Source: Ylistrum balloti (lineage: Eukaryota). From it: 64,000 nt of DNA. The notes under the pieces are model-generated. The model was given only the letters and a program-made list of their open reading frames with translations. It was not told the DNA's origin and did no database searches. Below, piece by piece: positions 37,101 through 48,458 of this stretch. Each line of letters opens with the position of its first letter. Positions within the stretch are counted from its first letter, which is position 1. Location of the stretch: the NCBI RefSeq assembly GCF_031769215.1, contig NW_026782003.1, forward strand, positions 3,720,001-3,784,000. Reading direction: 5' to 3'. The position numbers and the translations under genes are program-made.

Positions 37101-40100
37101 CAGAAAGCCTTCAGTGACCAGATTGATGAACTCCTACAGGACGAGGATATATCAAGTCTCAAAATCCTGATAGGAGAATTTTATACCCAGGTAAGTAACA
37201 TAACTATGGTAGTTTTCTGGGTATAACATGACATAATGGTAGTTTTCTGGGTATAACATGACATAATGATGGTAGTTTTCTGGGTATAACATGACATAAC
37301 AATGGTAGATTTCTGAGTATAACATGACATAATGGTAGTTTTCTGGGTATAACATGACATAATGGTAGTTTTCTGGGTATAACATGACATAATGGTAGTT
37401 TTCTGGGTATAACATGACATAATGGTAGTTTTCTAAGTATAACATGACATAATGGTAGTTTTCTGAGTATAACATGACATAATGGTAGTTTTCTGAGTAT
37501 AACATGACATAACAATGGTAGATTTCTGAGTATAACATGACATAATGGTAGTTTTCTGGGTATAACATGACATAATGGTAGATTTCTGAGTATAACATGA
37601 CATAATGGTAGTTTTCTGAGTATAACATGACATAATGGTAGTTTTCTGAGTATAACATGACATAATGATGGTAGTTTTCTGGGTATAACATGACATAATG
37701 GAAGTTTTCTGGGTATAACATGACATAATGGTAGTTTTCTGGGTATAACATGACATAATGGAAGTTTTCTGGGTATAACATGACATAATGGTAGTTTTCT
37801 GAGTATAACATGACATAATGGTAGTTTTCTGGGTATAACATGACATAATGGTAGATTTCTGAGTATAACATGACATAACAATGGTAGTTTTCTGAGTATA
37901 ACATGACATAATGGTAGTTTTCTGGGTATAACATGACATAATGGTAGTTTTCTGGGTATAACATGACATAACAATGGTAGATTTCTGAGTATAACATGAC
38001 ATAATGGTAGTTTTCTGAGTATAACATGACATAATGATGGTAGTTTTCTGGGTATAACATGACATTACGATGGTAGATTTCTGAGTATAACATGACATAA
38101 TGGTAGTTTTCTGAGTATACAGCACAGGATTCTTGCAGTTATTTATTGGGTGTTAATATTGTAGTTTACCTTGTGGTTGTATTGAAATGAAATATATAGC
38201 CAAATATAGGTGGACTCTGCTTCCTTTTTACAGCTCACATCTGTTGCTAAAAACTGGCCATTGGCATTAAACATGCGGGAAATTTCCTCAGACCTTTATG
38301 AATATGGTCGGGAATTTATCACTGAAGATATTGGAAAACTGAAGATCCTTGACTGGCATAAAAACCGCATCATTGTCTTTGATCCCGAGAATGGACACAT
38401 CGAGTTTGAAGTTTTCCTACCGTCACCAAGAACAGCTCTGGACAGAATTCCAAAATTCAATTTCAAGAAATATGTTGCTGGATTCAAGAGAGCTTGGGAA
38501 AAGCATATAGTTCAGCTGCGTGACTTGTCATTCTGGGATATCTATTACAAATATGTGCCATCCTGTAATCCCAGGGACTGGATACCACCATTTAAAGGTA
38601 AACATGTATACATAAATGCAGCTGTTTCAGTAGATATTACATGAATAGTTATATAATCAAGATTGAAGTTGCAAACCGACATCATTAATATCTCCATTAA
38701 TAAGGAATAAGATATAAGGTATAAGTCAATTGAGAATAGTTGGAACCCGAGCAACACAGGGGTGATATTTTGTGTTTCCTATTTCAGCTTATGCTGTGGT
38801 TGCTGGAAATCGTCATTACATAACGTATGACAACAAGAAATATGACTTTGCGGGAATGTGCAGTTATGTACTTGCACATGATTTTCATGACAAGAACTTC
38901 ACTGTGGTAGTCAATTTCAACCGCAACAGACGGATGCCTGCAATCCGTTCATTGTTAGTGATGGCTGGAGGAAAGAATGTCGAAATATCTAGCACTGGTG
39001 TAAGTATTGCCATAGCTACCGAAACTTACTTTTGAAATTTTACATTTTCTGTGTTGTGTTTTACATTATCAAGTTATTTATAACGATAATCCAGAAGGTA
39101 ATATTTACTATCTGTTAATTTTCTGGAAATGAGGTATAAAGTCTATTCTATAAATTTTTCAAAAATGTTTCATTTTTTTTGTCAAATTTTCATTTTAATT
39201 GTTTGGAATCAATAAATTTGATCACACTTGAGTGATAATTTTTAGATTCGTGTTGACGGACGACCTTCAGAGCTCCCATTCCTTCATGAAGAACTAAGCG
39301 TTGAGCGTGATGGAAACCACGTGAAACTGAATACTGGCAGAGGTCTAGAAATCATTGGTAAGTGTATTCTCTTCATTACCGTCTTCTCAGTCAAAAGATT
39401 TCATTTACCATTAGAATCAGGTATTGTTAAAATGTTTATCTTCACATGTACAGACAAGCAGGTAGTATGGCAAAGGTAGTTTTTACTGTGTCATGCTTTC
39501 ATTGTAAAACTTACTGTAAATCATTTACACTTTTTGCCAGAGATTTTTTTTTTTTTGCGTTAATAGACAGGGAGAGTCGATTGTAAATTTCAAATCCCTT
39601 GCAATTATTTGTACAACATGAACTCTGGATGGCATCCATTTTGGTTTTGTTACTGTTATCAGTGTCTTGTAGTGTCCAGTTCTCTTATAGCCAATCATAT
39701 ATGATTTTTAAAAGGAAATTAATTATCTGCAAACATATCTAAAGAGGTAAGTTCTCCAAAATAAAGTATCCATGAAATCTAATTCATTTACAGTATATAA
39801 AAGCAAGTCGTTCATCTAGAACACTGGCATGTTGACTACTAAGCTAGTTCTGCAATTTTTAATGATACAAATTGTAGAACATGAGACATTGCTGTCATAC
39901 ATAAATAATTTGTTGTTGTTATGTCCACCTTAATAAATGTACGGCATTGTTTTTTTTCAGGTGATGTGGAACATGAACACTTCATTGTCGGTATTAGTGG
40001 ATGGTACTTTGGTAAGGTAGCTGGTTTGCTAGGCACCTACGACAACGAACACTTTGATGACATGATGAAAATTGATGGTACACTTACAGACGATGTTGAC

Positions 40101-43100
40101 GCTTTCAGTCAGTCCTGGCAAGTCAACAAACGTTGCCGAGTGCAAGGTAACATCATCAGTCAGGAAACATTTGATGAGGATTCCACTGGATATAGTAAAT
40201 GCGCAGCTCTCTTCAAGGAATCCACTTCTCCTCTCAGACCTTGCTTCAAACAGGTAAAAAATAGTTTTGAGTTGTAGCAAGAGAAAAGTCATTGCCTAGA
40301 ACCACTGATAATTATCATTAGATTTCAAAGTCAACCATTATGATTTATTACGGGAATTTTTAGAAGTATATAGATAAAAGTAGCAGAAAATGAAAGTGTA
40401 ATCAGAGCCAGTGTTCGGTTTTTCTGATGAGGAAAGTTGACAGCATTTAGTTTGAATATCTTTTGAGTTTACAATGTATCTATATTTGTATGTATGTAAA
40501 AAGATGTTGTAGTGTAAAAGTTGGGCAGTTTGAAATTTCTTGTCTAGGCGATTTGGTACCATAGATCGTGGGTTCGAGTCCTGGAGGGCACGAATCAAAA
40601 ACTGTATTCCATCTTCAAATGTGTTACAGTGTCCAAAATGTCAAATGTCATTAAATTAACACAATACATCATATACAGTAATACTGTTATTCGAAGGCTC
40701 AAGCTTTGATTTACCTGTCGTAACTTTACCTGAGTTTGATACATACATGTATATATATATAGTGTGTGTAGTTCCTATTTAGAAAAGATTTCATTGAATT
40801 GTTTTGATATCTAATGAGCATTCTCGATATTCTCATCATATCACGAACAGTGTATCTAGTTTATCATTATATAAAAAAGGAAAAATTTAGTGTAACTTAT
40901 TGCAAATACAGATACAAAATGAATATTTGTGAAATTCAGTGGCTTAGATATAGTGGAGTGACTAATATCTTATCACCGTGTGTACTAGTACACCTTTATT
41001 CTGGAGATATGGTTTCATTCAAATTATACGGTCAAATACAGAAATAGTTTGTCAGTTGTTTTATTATATATATATATATTTTTCAGGTTGACACAGAGTA
41101 TTTCATGCACATGTGTCTATCTGGCGTCCAGAGAGGCGAACTTGTGTGCGATGTCGCCTCTGTGTATGTAAAATCCTGCCAAGCCCGTGGTGTTAGAATG
41201 TGGCTACCTCAGCAGTGCAGTATGTAACTCTTAAGCTTAAAACCTACAAAAATCACCCTTTTCTTTAAGAAATGTGACAAAAACAAAATGCACAAGATTT
41301 CAGTTGAAATACATATGAACCTGAATGCATAGTTAGAACAGTTATTGGAATGATTGATTTGTAAAAAGAAAGCATTGCTGTCTTAGTCGGTTCATTGCAA
41401 GCAGTCTACTTACCTGCTACCACCTGGTAATAAATAAATTAAAGTGAATTAAATCATATTTGTTAGAAATTAAAGGTAATAATAATTGTTACAGTCCAGT
41501 GTGAGACTCCAACATCAGAGAGATACAATGCAGGGGAGACAATCAAAATGTACCCAGCAAGTGACGACTACCAAGTTCCTCAGTCTGCAGATATTGTGTT
41601 TGTTGTGGAAAGTCGCCAATGTAACAGTGAAGCCACACAAAACCTTGGCAGTCTTGTGTACAAAATAGATCAAGGCCTCACCCAGTCAGGTATCTCAAAT
41701 CATTCTGTCTTCTGATAAATGTAATACAGCATTTATAATAGGTCGATCAAAATACTGACATTACCATACAGTCTACACATAATGCCTAAATTGTGTTTGT
41801 TTGAGATGCTAACTGACCTACACACATGAATTTGCATGTGATGAAGAAATTATGTGCACCAACCTTTTCTGTTTCTCTATTGTGAAAAATTTGTGCCATC
41901 ATAAAAAGAGCAAAATAACTTATCATTCAGAACATCCAAGATTCAGTTTTGATATTTTTGAAAGTTAAACTAAGAAAGTTGTACTTGAGTTTATACATCA
42001 GCATTGATCTAGTTACTCGTTTGTGATGCAGTAATTAGGATCAAAACATATGATCGCTATTCTGTCTGTTTGTCACAGGAATGGCTGGTAATAGGTACGG
42101 TTTGATCAGCTATGGCAAGAGGGGAGCCAGCAGCCACACAATTGAAGGTTTGTTCCTCAATGATGCCACCAAATTCACTAAGGGTGTGGAGACATTGACA
42201 TACAATGATGAAACAGCTGATTCTCATGATGCTATCCTAACTGCGACCAACTACCCATTCAGAACAGGTGTATCCAAGACCATTGTCCTCGTACAGTGTG
42301 ATGAATGTCCAGAAGTCAGCCCCTCCATACAGGACCATCTGAAACACATCCTCCGTACAAGGGACATAACTCTGCACATCTTGCGTGACCAGCAATTCAG
42401 ATTAGAAAACAACCGTATTCCAAAGCATAAAATCCTCGGTAAGAGTCAAAGCTAAACTGCTTCGTATTTGACACCAGTTTTACCGGAAACTGCAAATGTA
42501 TAACATTGCAAAGCTATTTATGTTTTCTGTAGAAACGTGTATTACCTTTGATGATACTAGAATTTTGCTTCATGGGGATATTAGTACTTTAAAGAAATAG
42601 TCACTAAAATTACACTGATATTTTTTAAGAGTTGGATACTGCAGATGGGATCTGCATTATGTATCATTCTTGGTGATATGTTCTTTTTGGAGTCACAAGT
42701 CAGATGTGAACTTATCGGTAACATCGTGTGTATATATTGGGAGAAGTGAGTATGGTACCCTAATACTTGAATATTCAATACTTTGTTTGATTGTTAAAAA
42801 AAACTCAGCCTTTATCATCTTTTAGTAACACACAGGTCAAAATATCTCAACAACCCAAAAGACCTATCGACATTTTAATTGAGACTTTGCTGGCATTAAT
42901 GAATGGTTATTCTGAATAGATGAAGGGACACATAGTTTGTTCTAATGAATGTAGTTCTAGACTTTGGGTTAATCATTAGAGAGATAAACATAAGGAAAAC
43001 CTCTGTTTCTTGTTGTAGAGTGAATGTTACTTGATGCATATCATTTGTATGTATTAGTCAAGGATTGTATTAGTCACTCTAGATATGCTAAACTGTTAAT

Positions 43101-44405
43101 ATTGGCTCAGCACACTCAAACTGAATAAAAGTTACAAAAGATATTAAATTACACTTGTAGGAGTGGACAGCTCAAATAAGTACATGCTGGACCAGAGCCA
43201 TGCTAACTTGTACGACAATATGGCCCTTCCCTCAGACAGCTGTTCCACCTTATCTCTGGAAACCAATGGCACCATCTTTGATTCCACCGGATTCGCCAGC
43301 CGCAGACTGAAGGACAGGAGGAGGTTTTCAGGGATCATTGTAGACAGTGTTGCTGCCTCAGCTGTGCCTCATGAATGCCAAGTCTGCCATTGTGTGTCAG
43401 ACCACACTGGAGCTGCTATGTCTGTGTGCAGGAAATGCTCCAATGGATTTTATGATGTAAGTCTAACCTTTCATCTTTCCTATATGATGGGTCTTTTCTC
43501 AAATCCTTGATCCCTTGTGATGCCCTTTTCAATTTCGATATAAATCTGGAAAATTACAAAGCCACTGATGTACAGGAAGGTACTTGCAAATTAGCTCCCT
43601 CCTTACTTTTGATTACAGGTAAAAATTTTTTCACTAGGGGAAGAGGTTTAATTGTGGTAAAGTATGGTTCCACACTTTTGCCTCAAATTCTCTTAGTTTT
43701 GTTTAAGTTTTGTATATTGATTCCAGGAATCAGAAACTGGCTATATCCTTCCATTCCATAAATTTATTGTATAGAGTTCAAATGTTGGCAGGTCTCATGT
43801 TGAAAATTGTTCCTACCGATATATTGATAGTTTACTACTGGAACATAAAACTTAATATAATATTCATTTGGCTTTTTCACAGTATCTGCCACAGATGTGG
43901 AGCAACATTTAAACACATAGAAATATGTGAGTGCACCGAACCTACTTTACAGTGATATTCAGAAAACTAATGATATTCAGAAAGTTAGTTTCGGACATGT
44001 GTGGCTAGAACCCACAATCTGCAAGTGCCAAATATTCAACAGACCAGCCTTGGTTCCAATCCGTACAGTCTCAACTGGTCCAGCCATTTCAACTGCTTTT
44101 CACAAAATGAACATGAGGAATGTTGGAAATTTTTTAGAAGTGGCTTTATCAAGGGTGTGGAATTATCAGTAGTATGGATTGAGTATTTACCAGGTTGTGG
44201 ATCAAGACTATCTACACTTACAATTGTTATTTTAAACTTCACTTTCTAATCCAATGTAAATATTTCAGGGCTACATTTCAACTCCTAATTTATGCCAAAT
44301 ATAATAAAATAAAATTGAAAATTTTAATCATTGAATAGTGAATATGACTTTGTTTTCTGTTTGTAGGACTACCTAGGAGATGGAATGAGTGTGTTTTCTC
44401 GTTAG
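1105..44405 (+). CDS. Apolipophorin / apoB-like large lipid transfer protein (Vitellogenin_N, DUF1943/DUF1081-type region, long beta-rich region, helical region, VWD, C8, VWA-like C-terminus), ~4,630 aa, multi-exon, first (signal peptide) exon not identified
   Basis: Exons traced with GT-AG ends and continuous phase: 1105-1152, 5378-5538, 6155-6403, 7060-7212, 7751-7949, 9262-9517, 9736-9901, 10279-10455, 11328-11477, 11788-11931, 12097-12534, 12973-13307, 13616-13798, 14474-14729, 15495-15642, 17474-17731, 19663-19920, 20325-20585, 21893-22139, 22462-22687, 23057-29092, 30775-31107, 32085-32247, 32988-33172, 33418-33701, 35567-35714, 36765-37190, 38234-38597, 38788-38999, 39246-39357, 39961-40253, 41087-41219, 41495-41689, 42079-42438, 43161-43456, then a terminal exon (43883-43912, 44367-44405 or 44900-44974). 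LLTP motifs: KFLYQPGTVYEFLYEG, LCPSDDEPTWVLNIKRGILSAFQN, TDVTGKCPTTY, SEIRIAAYLEVM, EEVNQVGSFVWTHL, SFVPRSLMANLTVDLFG. VWD motifs: HYITYDNKKYDFAGMCSYVLA and GLLGTYDNE. The C-terminal SADIVFVVE motif is apolipophorin-like. Confidence 0.93.
5378..13798 (+). CDS. Vitellogenin_N / LLT module exons of the LLTP gene (N-sheet, alpha-helical domain, C-sheet)
   Basis: Twelve consecutive exons encoding WVLNIKRGILSAFQN, TDVTGKC, LDAIPMVGT, LRAVGNIG, EIRIAAYLEVMKC, NQVGSFVWTHL and SIIIPTLIGFPL-like (SLIIPTLIGFPL) motifs typical of LLTP family N-termini. Confidence 0.9.
8366..9240 (+). mobile_element. Helentron/HINE-like non-autonomous element
   Basis: Starts in a T-run. Subterminal inverted repeat GGTCACCTGAG (8372-8382) / CTCAGGTGACC (9205-9215), a (CGTCGTG)n microsatellite near the 5' end, a 3' hairpin AGGCCC-CTT-GGGCCT, and a terminal CTTGTT. 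Confidence 0.72.
13891..14168 (+). mobile_element. Degenerate SINE-like element with CORE-like domain
   Basis: TGTGTTCTTGGGCAAGACACTTTAC at ~14024-14049 resembles the conserved SINE central domain; the element has an A-box-like start and an A-rich end. Confidence 0.4.
16278..17378 (-). mobile_element. Non-autonomous pogo/Tc1-mariner-like DNA transposon, 1,101 bp
   Basis: 26-bp terminal inverted repeats CCGTAAAAACCCA(T/C)GTAATGTCCGCA with 1 mismatch, flanked by TA on both sides (16276-77, 17379-80). Subterminal repeats GGGGTGCGGACATTAC. An internal minus-strand segment ends in the acidic tail ...EEFFHSDDDDFWGFEKRY*, like pogo transposase C-termini. Confidence 0.8.
17745..18722 (+). repeat. 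Intronic minisatellite, 35-37-bp unit, ~26 copies
   Basis: Unit TTTGTATTTCTTAAATGTCAGATACACTGAGTGTGTG; begins within ~15 nt of the exon 17474-17731 donor. Confidence 0.95.
19336..19507 (+). mobile_element. Short Helentron-like element
   Basis: 5' hairpin TATGCCCC...GGGGCATA, a (GTCCC)n microsatellite, a 3' GGGGGCATTC repeat and a CTAGTT end. Confidence 0.55.
20050..20087. mobile_element. 38-bp perfect hairpin insertion with 7-bp direct repeats
   Basis: CAGGGACGTATAATACA-ATAC-TGTATTATACGTCCCTG, flanked by GCTGTAG at 20043-20049 and 20088-20094. Confidence 0.7.
20893..21790 (+). repeat. Intronic minisatellite, ~61-bp unit with shorter deletion variants
   Basis: Unit GATATGATCAGAAATACTTACATAGATATGGAATCTAATTGACACTGATAAATCTATTTAT. 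Confidence 0.93.
23057..29092 (+). CDS. Giant 6,036-bp coding exon (2,012 codons) of the LLTP gene, amphipathic beta-strand-rich
   Basis: Uninterrupted ORF 23051-29101; acceptor ttgcag|GCT at 23056/23057 and donor AAG|gtaggt at 29092/29093; phase 0-0 fits both neighbouring exons. Confidence 0.95.
29960..30537 (+). mobile_element. Helentron-like element interrupted by a nested MITE
   Basis: Shares internal motifs with the 8366 element (CTTCTTCTCA, TTCAAGGTCA) and ends in a hairpin AGGCTCATTGAGCCT followed by CTTGTT. Boundaries are approximate. Confidence 0.5.
30242..30360. mobile_element. 119-bp MITE with CAGGG termini (hAT-like ends)
   Basis: 12-bp TIR CAGGGCTCCAAG / CTTGGAGCCCTG, TGTGT direct repeats on both flanks, and internal palindromes GGTCGC..GCGACC. 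Confidence 0.65.
32436..32776 (+). repeat. Intronic minisatellite, 55-bp unit, ~6 copies
   Basis: GCAATAAATAATTTTG...CTAAATTCACAGTATTCATAATTACAGTTAATTT, with unit starts at 32436, 32491 and 32546. Confidence 0.92.
35715..36764 (+). repeat. Tandemly duplicated intron (two copies) separated by a 25-nt chimeric exon-like spacer
   Basis: Both copies start GTTAGTTGAACCA (35715, 36092), share ~120 nt of near-identical middle (35821 vs 36301) and end ...GCAAATACTCAATGTTACAG (36066, 36764). Confidence 0.9.
37197..38118 (+). repeat. Intronic minisatellite, 30-bp unit (33-bp variants), ~30 copies
   Basis: Unit ATAACATGACATAATGGTAGTTTTCTG(G/A)GT; explains the repetitive minus-strand ORFs. Confidence 0.97.
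38788..43456 (+). CDS. C-terminal VWD, C8 and VWA-like exons of the LLTP gene
   Basis: AYAVVAGNRHYITYDNKKYDFAGMCSYVLAHDF; WYFGKVAGLLGTYDNE; Cys-rich YFMHMCLS...CDVASVYVKSC; QSADIVFVVESRQCN...RYGLISYG; CQVCHC...VCRKC. Confidence 0.88.
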
Positions 44406-44623
44406 AGAGTCCTGTCATCAATCATGTCTTTCACCTCTTATCATCTGCGATTCCACTGAGGTGCTCCAGCAGCTCAAGCTAATGCCAGTATCAATGCATC
44501 ATCCAATTAATTTCCAGAAAACTTTCTTATTTTTAAACAGTTTTAATTTTGTTATCATTTTCACCAGTGATTTCTTATGTATCCACTTTTTATGTTACAG
44601 AATTAACAAGATGTTGTTGTTTT

Positions 44624-45052
44624 AATAAATTTGTTGTTGTATAAAATGTATTCATGACCATATATATCAAATCAGCATTATCTAATTGTGACATTTGAAT
44701 ATTGATATTACTTTTATAACAGAAATTTAAGCATATAGCTATATAACAGGACATATTTCTTGTAGTAATTTTATACTTAAGTGATAACTAGAGGATTTGA
44801 TGACAAAAGACCTTGTGAAATTTCTGACTTGTGAATTGAGCTAAAGTGCTCATGTCTTTTACTATCAATTTCGAGTGCTTCTCTGCTGTATTTTACCAGA
44901 GAAGAACAGATAGTGAAGGACATATTGAAGAACCTATGCATCAAGACCTGATAATGATGTCTGTATCAAAATAGTCCTCTGTTCATGTAATCAAGGACTT
45001 TTTAGCAAAGTTTGTTACGTTTTGAATTATTGTAAGAAAATATATGAATAAA
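44624..45052 (+). terminator. Two candidate polyadenylation signals of the LLTP gene
   Basis: AATAAA at 44624-44629 (followed by GT-rich TTTGTTGTTGT) and at 45047-45052. Confidence 0.5.
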
Positions 45053-46779
45053 ATATTTACATTGTAAATATCATGGCTTGTATTTATTTCGGTCGTTGAT
45101 AAAGGTTTTCAAGCCAACCAGTGTTAGATTTTATTGAACGTCAGACAATTTTATCTCACCAAAATGAAGGGCAGCTTGTGCTACAACTCGAGTGTAAGCA
45201 TCTGCATCTATCTAGTTAAGAATGGCTAAGATCAGTTACATGATATGAAGCCAAGCTGATAAGATGCAAATACAGAGTCAAATAACCTATTGGGTCAAAT
45301 GTTCAGATCAAAGGTCAAGGTCAGTTTTGACATAATGGAACAAACATGGTTGTAGTCAAACTAAATCGTCTTCAATTTTTATGCAAAATGCAAGACAGTC
45401 ATCACTTCAGCTGATTATGATGATAACAGTCAGCTGACAGCAATTTAATTACATGAATGCCATGCCATATATTAAGCATAGGATATGTGATAGTGGCAAG
45501 CAGTTTTGTTCAATACCTTCTTCTTTGAGGGATAAAATACATGTATCTACTGAAAAAGAACTAGATGGATCTTTTGTAATTATCTAAGTTATATAAGGTC
45601 CCCAGTTTCACAAATTATGTTCTGGAGTTTGATTACAAGCAAAGGCAGCCGTTTGTCCCATGTCGGATTCTGAAAAGTCAATATTTCTCTGTCAGCTTTT
45701 AAATTCAAGTTCCCTGTTGCCCCTAGTGCAAACAGAACACTGAAATGGCTGGCATGCTGCCAATTTAGATATTTTAGAGTTTGACAAATGAAGAATTTTT
45801 CTAGTACCCTTTACTATAAATTCATATTTTCATGGGACTCAAATTTCATAATTTTCCAAATAAACATTTTCAGTGGCACTTCAGTTTGTGGTTTAATCTA
45901 ACCAACCAAATTTGCTAGTATTACAATCCATATTAAATTTTATCTGTTTATTCCATTAATCAGATGTAACTGTACACATGGGTAGGTAAAAAAAAACTCA
46001 AACACAGGTTCTGGTCCAAAAGTAACCAATATTTAGCGATTACGTAATATAATGCAACAGTACACAACACAGTCCACAAATAATGAAATACTGGTCTGCC
46101 ACTAAGAGACAGCGACAAACTAATAACTACAACATGAAATCTATAAAGTATGGGTGGGATGGGGATTTCTGCATTCAAGAACTTAACAAGAGGGCCATGG
46201 CCTGTAACGGTCATCTGACTATCAAGAAATGGATGGACAAACCACTGATGGTGGTCTAACAAATCTGATGAATTCAAATTCTGAATATTCCTTGGAAGTA
46301 TCAGAAACTCATAAATGGTAAGTTCTTTGCATGAAAAACAGTTGCATAATTATGTTACAAAATAACTATCGTGGTTACCATGATTAGTTTTGATCAGACA
46401 GAAAAATAACGACAAATTTTCTTTTCTTTTCCTTAAAAAATCCAAATCCAAATATTTCAGTCAATGGTGTGAATGAAACTTGAGAAGTTCAGACTATCTG
46501 TTATAGATGAGCTCTGTTGAAGTTTGGACCGAATCGGAAAAAAAATAATTTGGTCAGGGCATTCTCGGGATCACTTAAAGCATGTTTGATATCATTACCC
46601 TTGGTACCTCGGGAACGAATCAAATTCCTGAATTTAAGAAATATCCCCCTCCTCTATGATGTTTCAGACCAAATTTGGTTGAAATCCACAAATGTGTTAA
46701 ACAGGAGTAGTGCTTTTACTGAAAAGTTTACAGACGGCTGACGTCGAAAGGCTAACTGGGTATGACATTCCTTGAGGAA

Positions 46780-48290
46780 CAAAGCAAACATGAAAAAAAT
46801 GTCACTGTGTGGATGTGGTGAATTAATAGCATCCATTATCCAGGAGGTTACATATGAGATGTATCAACAGATCACAACCGCACACATATGATGGAATGGT
46901 CTGGTAGGACCCTCACTGTCAAGTTAAGGTTAACCACACATACATGTAAGATGAAGTCAATGTAGGCAGTCCAAAACACATACTGTCCAAGTCTTGGATG
47001 CTATAACTGAGAGTAAATATAACAAATACAGTTTTTCAGTGAAAGCTACTGTACTCGCAAACAAGGATGCAGTCTATCTGTCTCCATGACCTGTGTTATG
47101 TTATACTGCCTTCCCTAAAGTGCAGGCGACTTTGAGGTGTAGTGACAAAGGCTACCAGGCATGCTGCCCAAAAAGTAATATGTTTGGATGTGGCCTGACA
47201 AATCTTGGTGAAAATGACCAGGGATGGGGAGCTTTGGATTGCAAACAACAACCATTGTTCTACATGCTCCTTTCCATGTAGTTCTGACATAAAAGGAGTC
47301 AAGAGGATTGGGGTAATCCAATTCCTGGTGCAAAACTTTAATAACAAACAAATATTGCCTTCATGAAGGAAAGGAAAGTCGATCAGACAAATAAGGGACA
47401 TAGCGTCCCAGATAAACTGGTGATAAAGGGACTTACAGTATCTCTACAAGCATACATAAGGTATGTACTGTAGATCTTCTGAGTAGACTTAGAAAAATTG
47501 TCCGCCTGTAATATGTCTATGGTAGTATCAAGATTCTTGATTGTGGTGGATCTCAACGAAGGGCCCTTGCCACCTGTTCAGAGACATAGAAAAAGGAAAG
47601 TGCTGACGTGTGATCAAGAAAGTAAAGAGTTGGTACTGGTCAACCAAAGCTGATACAAAACTTTTGCAAATGAACAGGCTCATGAAGCTGAGACCCAGTG
47701 TCTGCCATGCCATTGTTTACACCTTTAATGTGTCTCGCAAGTAAGCACATTTGCGATAAAGGAAATCACAGATATCAGATCTAAGAACTTCCAGCTTCTC
47801 TAAAGGTAATTGTAACATCATATTGACTGAGTCAATCTCAATGCCATGAAATATCATAACGTGGGCTAGGCCATGTACCTTAGACCAGTTAATGAGAAAT
47901 CCCATCTTTCTCAACAGGCTTATAAGATATGTTAACACAGAGGAACACTTCTCCTGAGAATCTGCACGAATGAAAGTCATCCAAGTATGCCATCAGATTG
48001 TGGTGTCCAGCACAAGACAAAATCCTACAGATGACATGTGTAATTCTATGAAAAATCCCGGGACTTGCCTTTGCTCTAAATGGCAGCTTAGATTCAAAGG
48101 AATAGTGAGGTTCATCATCAAATATCCATTGGAGTCCTGTTACCATTTGAACATGTTCACTTATAGCTACAGATCTATAGGCTGACTTGAGGTCAACCTT
48201 GGCCATAAAAAAACCTGGGGTAAGCAGCCCAACCGCATTGTCTATAGACTGGAATTTTGGTTTATTTAGCACTTTTAAAATCTTTTTCCA
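46780..48290 (-). mobile_element. Decayed tyrosine-recombinase retrotransposon (DIRS order, Ngaro-like): RT, RNase H remnant and YR fragments
   Basis: ORF 47889-48272: MAKVDLKSAYR...KLPF..ASPGIFHRIT...AYLDDF. A frameshifted continuation at 47717-47980 reads LLRKMGFLINWSK...GIEIDS..MMLQLPLEKL. ORF 47096-47401 contains PITPILL and FWAACLVAF, typical of the DIRS/Ngaro YR N-terminal region. Frameshifts and deletions indicate it is non-functional. The left boundary is approximate. Confidence 0.8.
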
Positions 48291-48458
48291 TCAGAAAGGT
48301 ACATCAGATGTTGCGGCACATAACACTTCTCTCCATCTGAGAGTTAATATACCTGTTGACATGTTTGTAGCTAATGGGAAGTACAAATGGTGACATCAAA
48401 GTCTTTCACCCTTGCAGTTGGTGATTCAATTTTTGTGACAAAATTCACAAGGATGATC

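Noticed and set aside
37152-38125. Long minus-strand ORFs of 230-313 aa (HYVMLYPENY, LCHVIPRKLP and MSCYTQKTTI repeats)
   Set aside because: These are translations of the 30/33-bp intronic minisatellite, open in all three frames because the unit lengths are multiples of 3. There is no splice or promoter support.
40540-40600. tRNA-like segment with B-box GGTTCGAGTCC
   Set aside because: No cloverleaf or acceptor stem could be built; at most a degenerate SINE head.
41690-42078. GTATCT donor as a second U12 intron
   Set aside because: It departs from GTATCCTT and has no TTCCTTAAC-like branch site near the acceptor.
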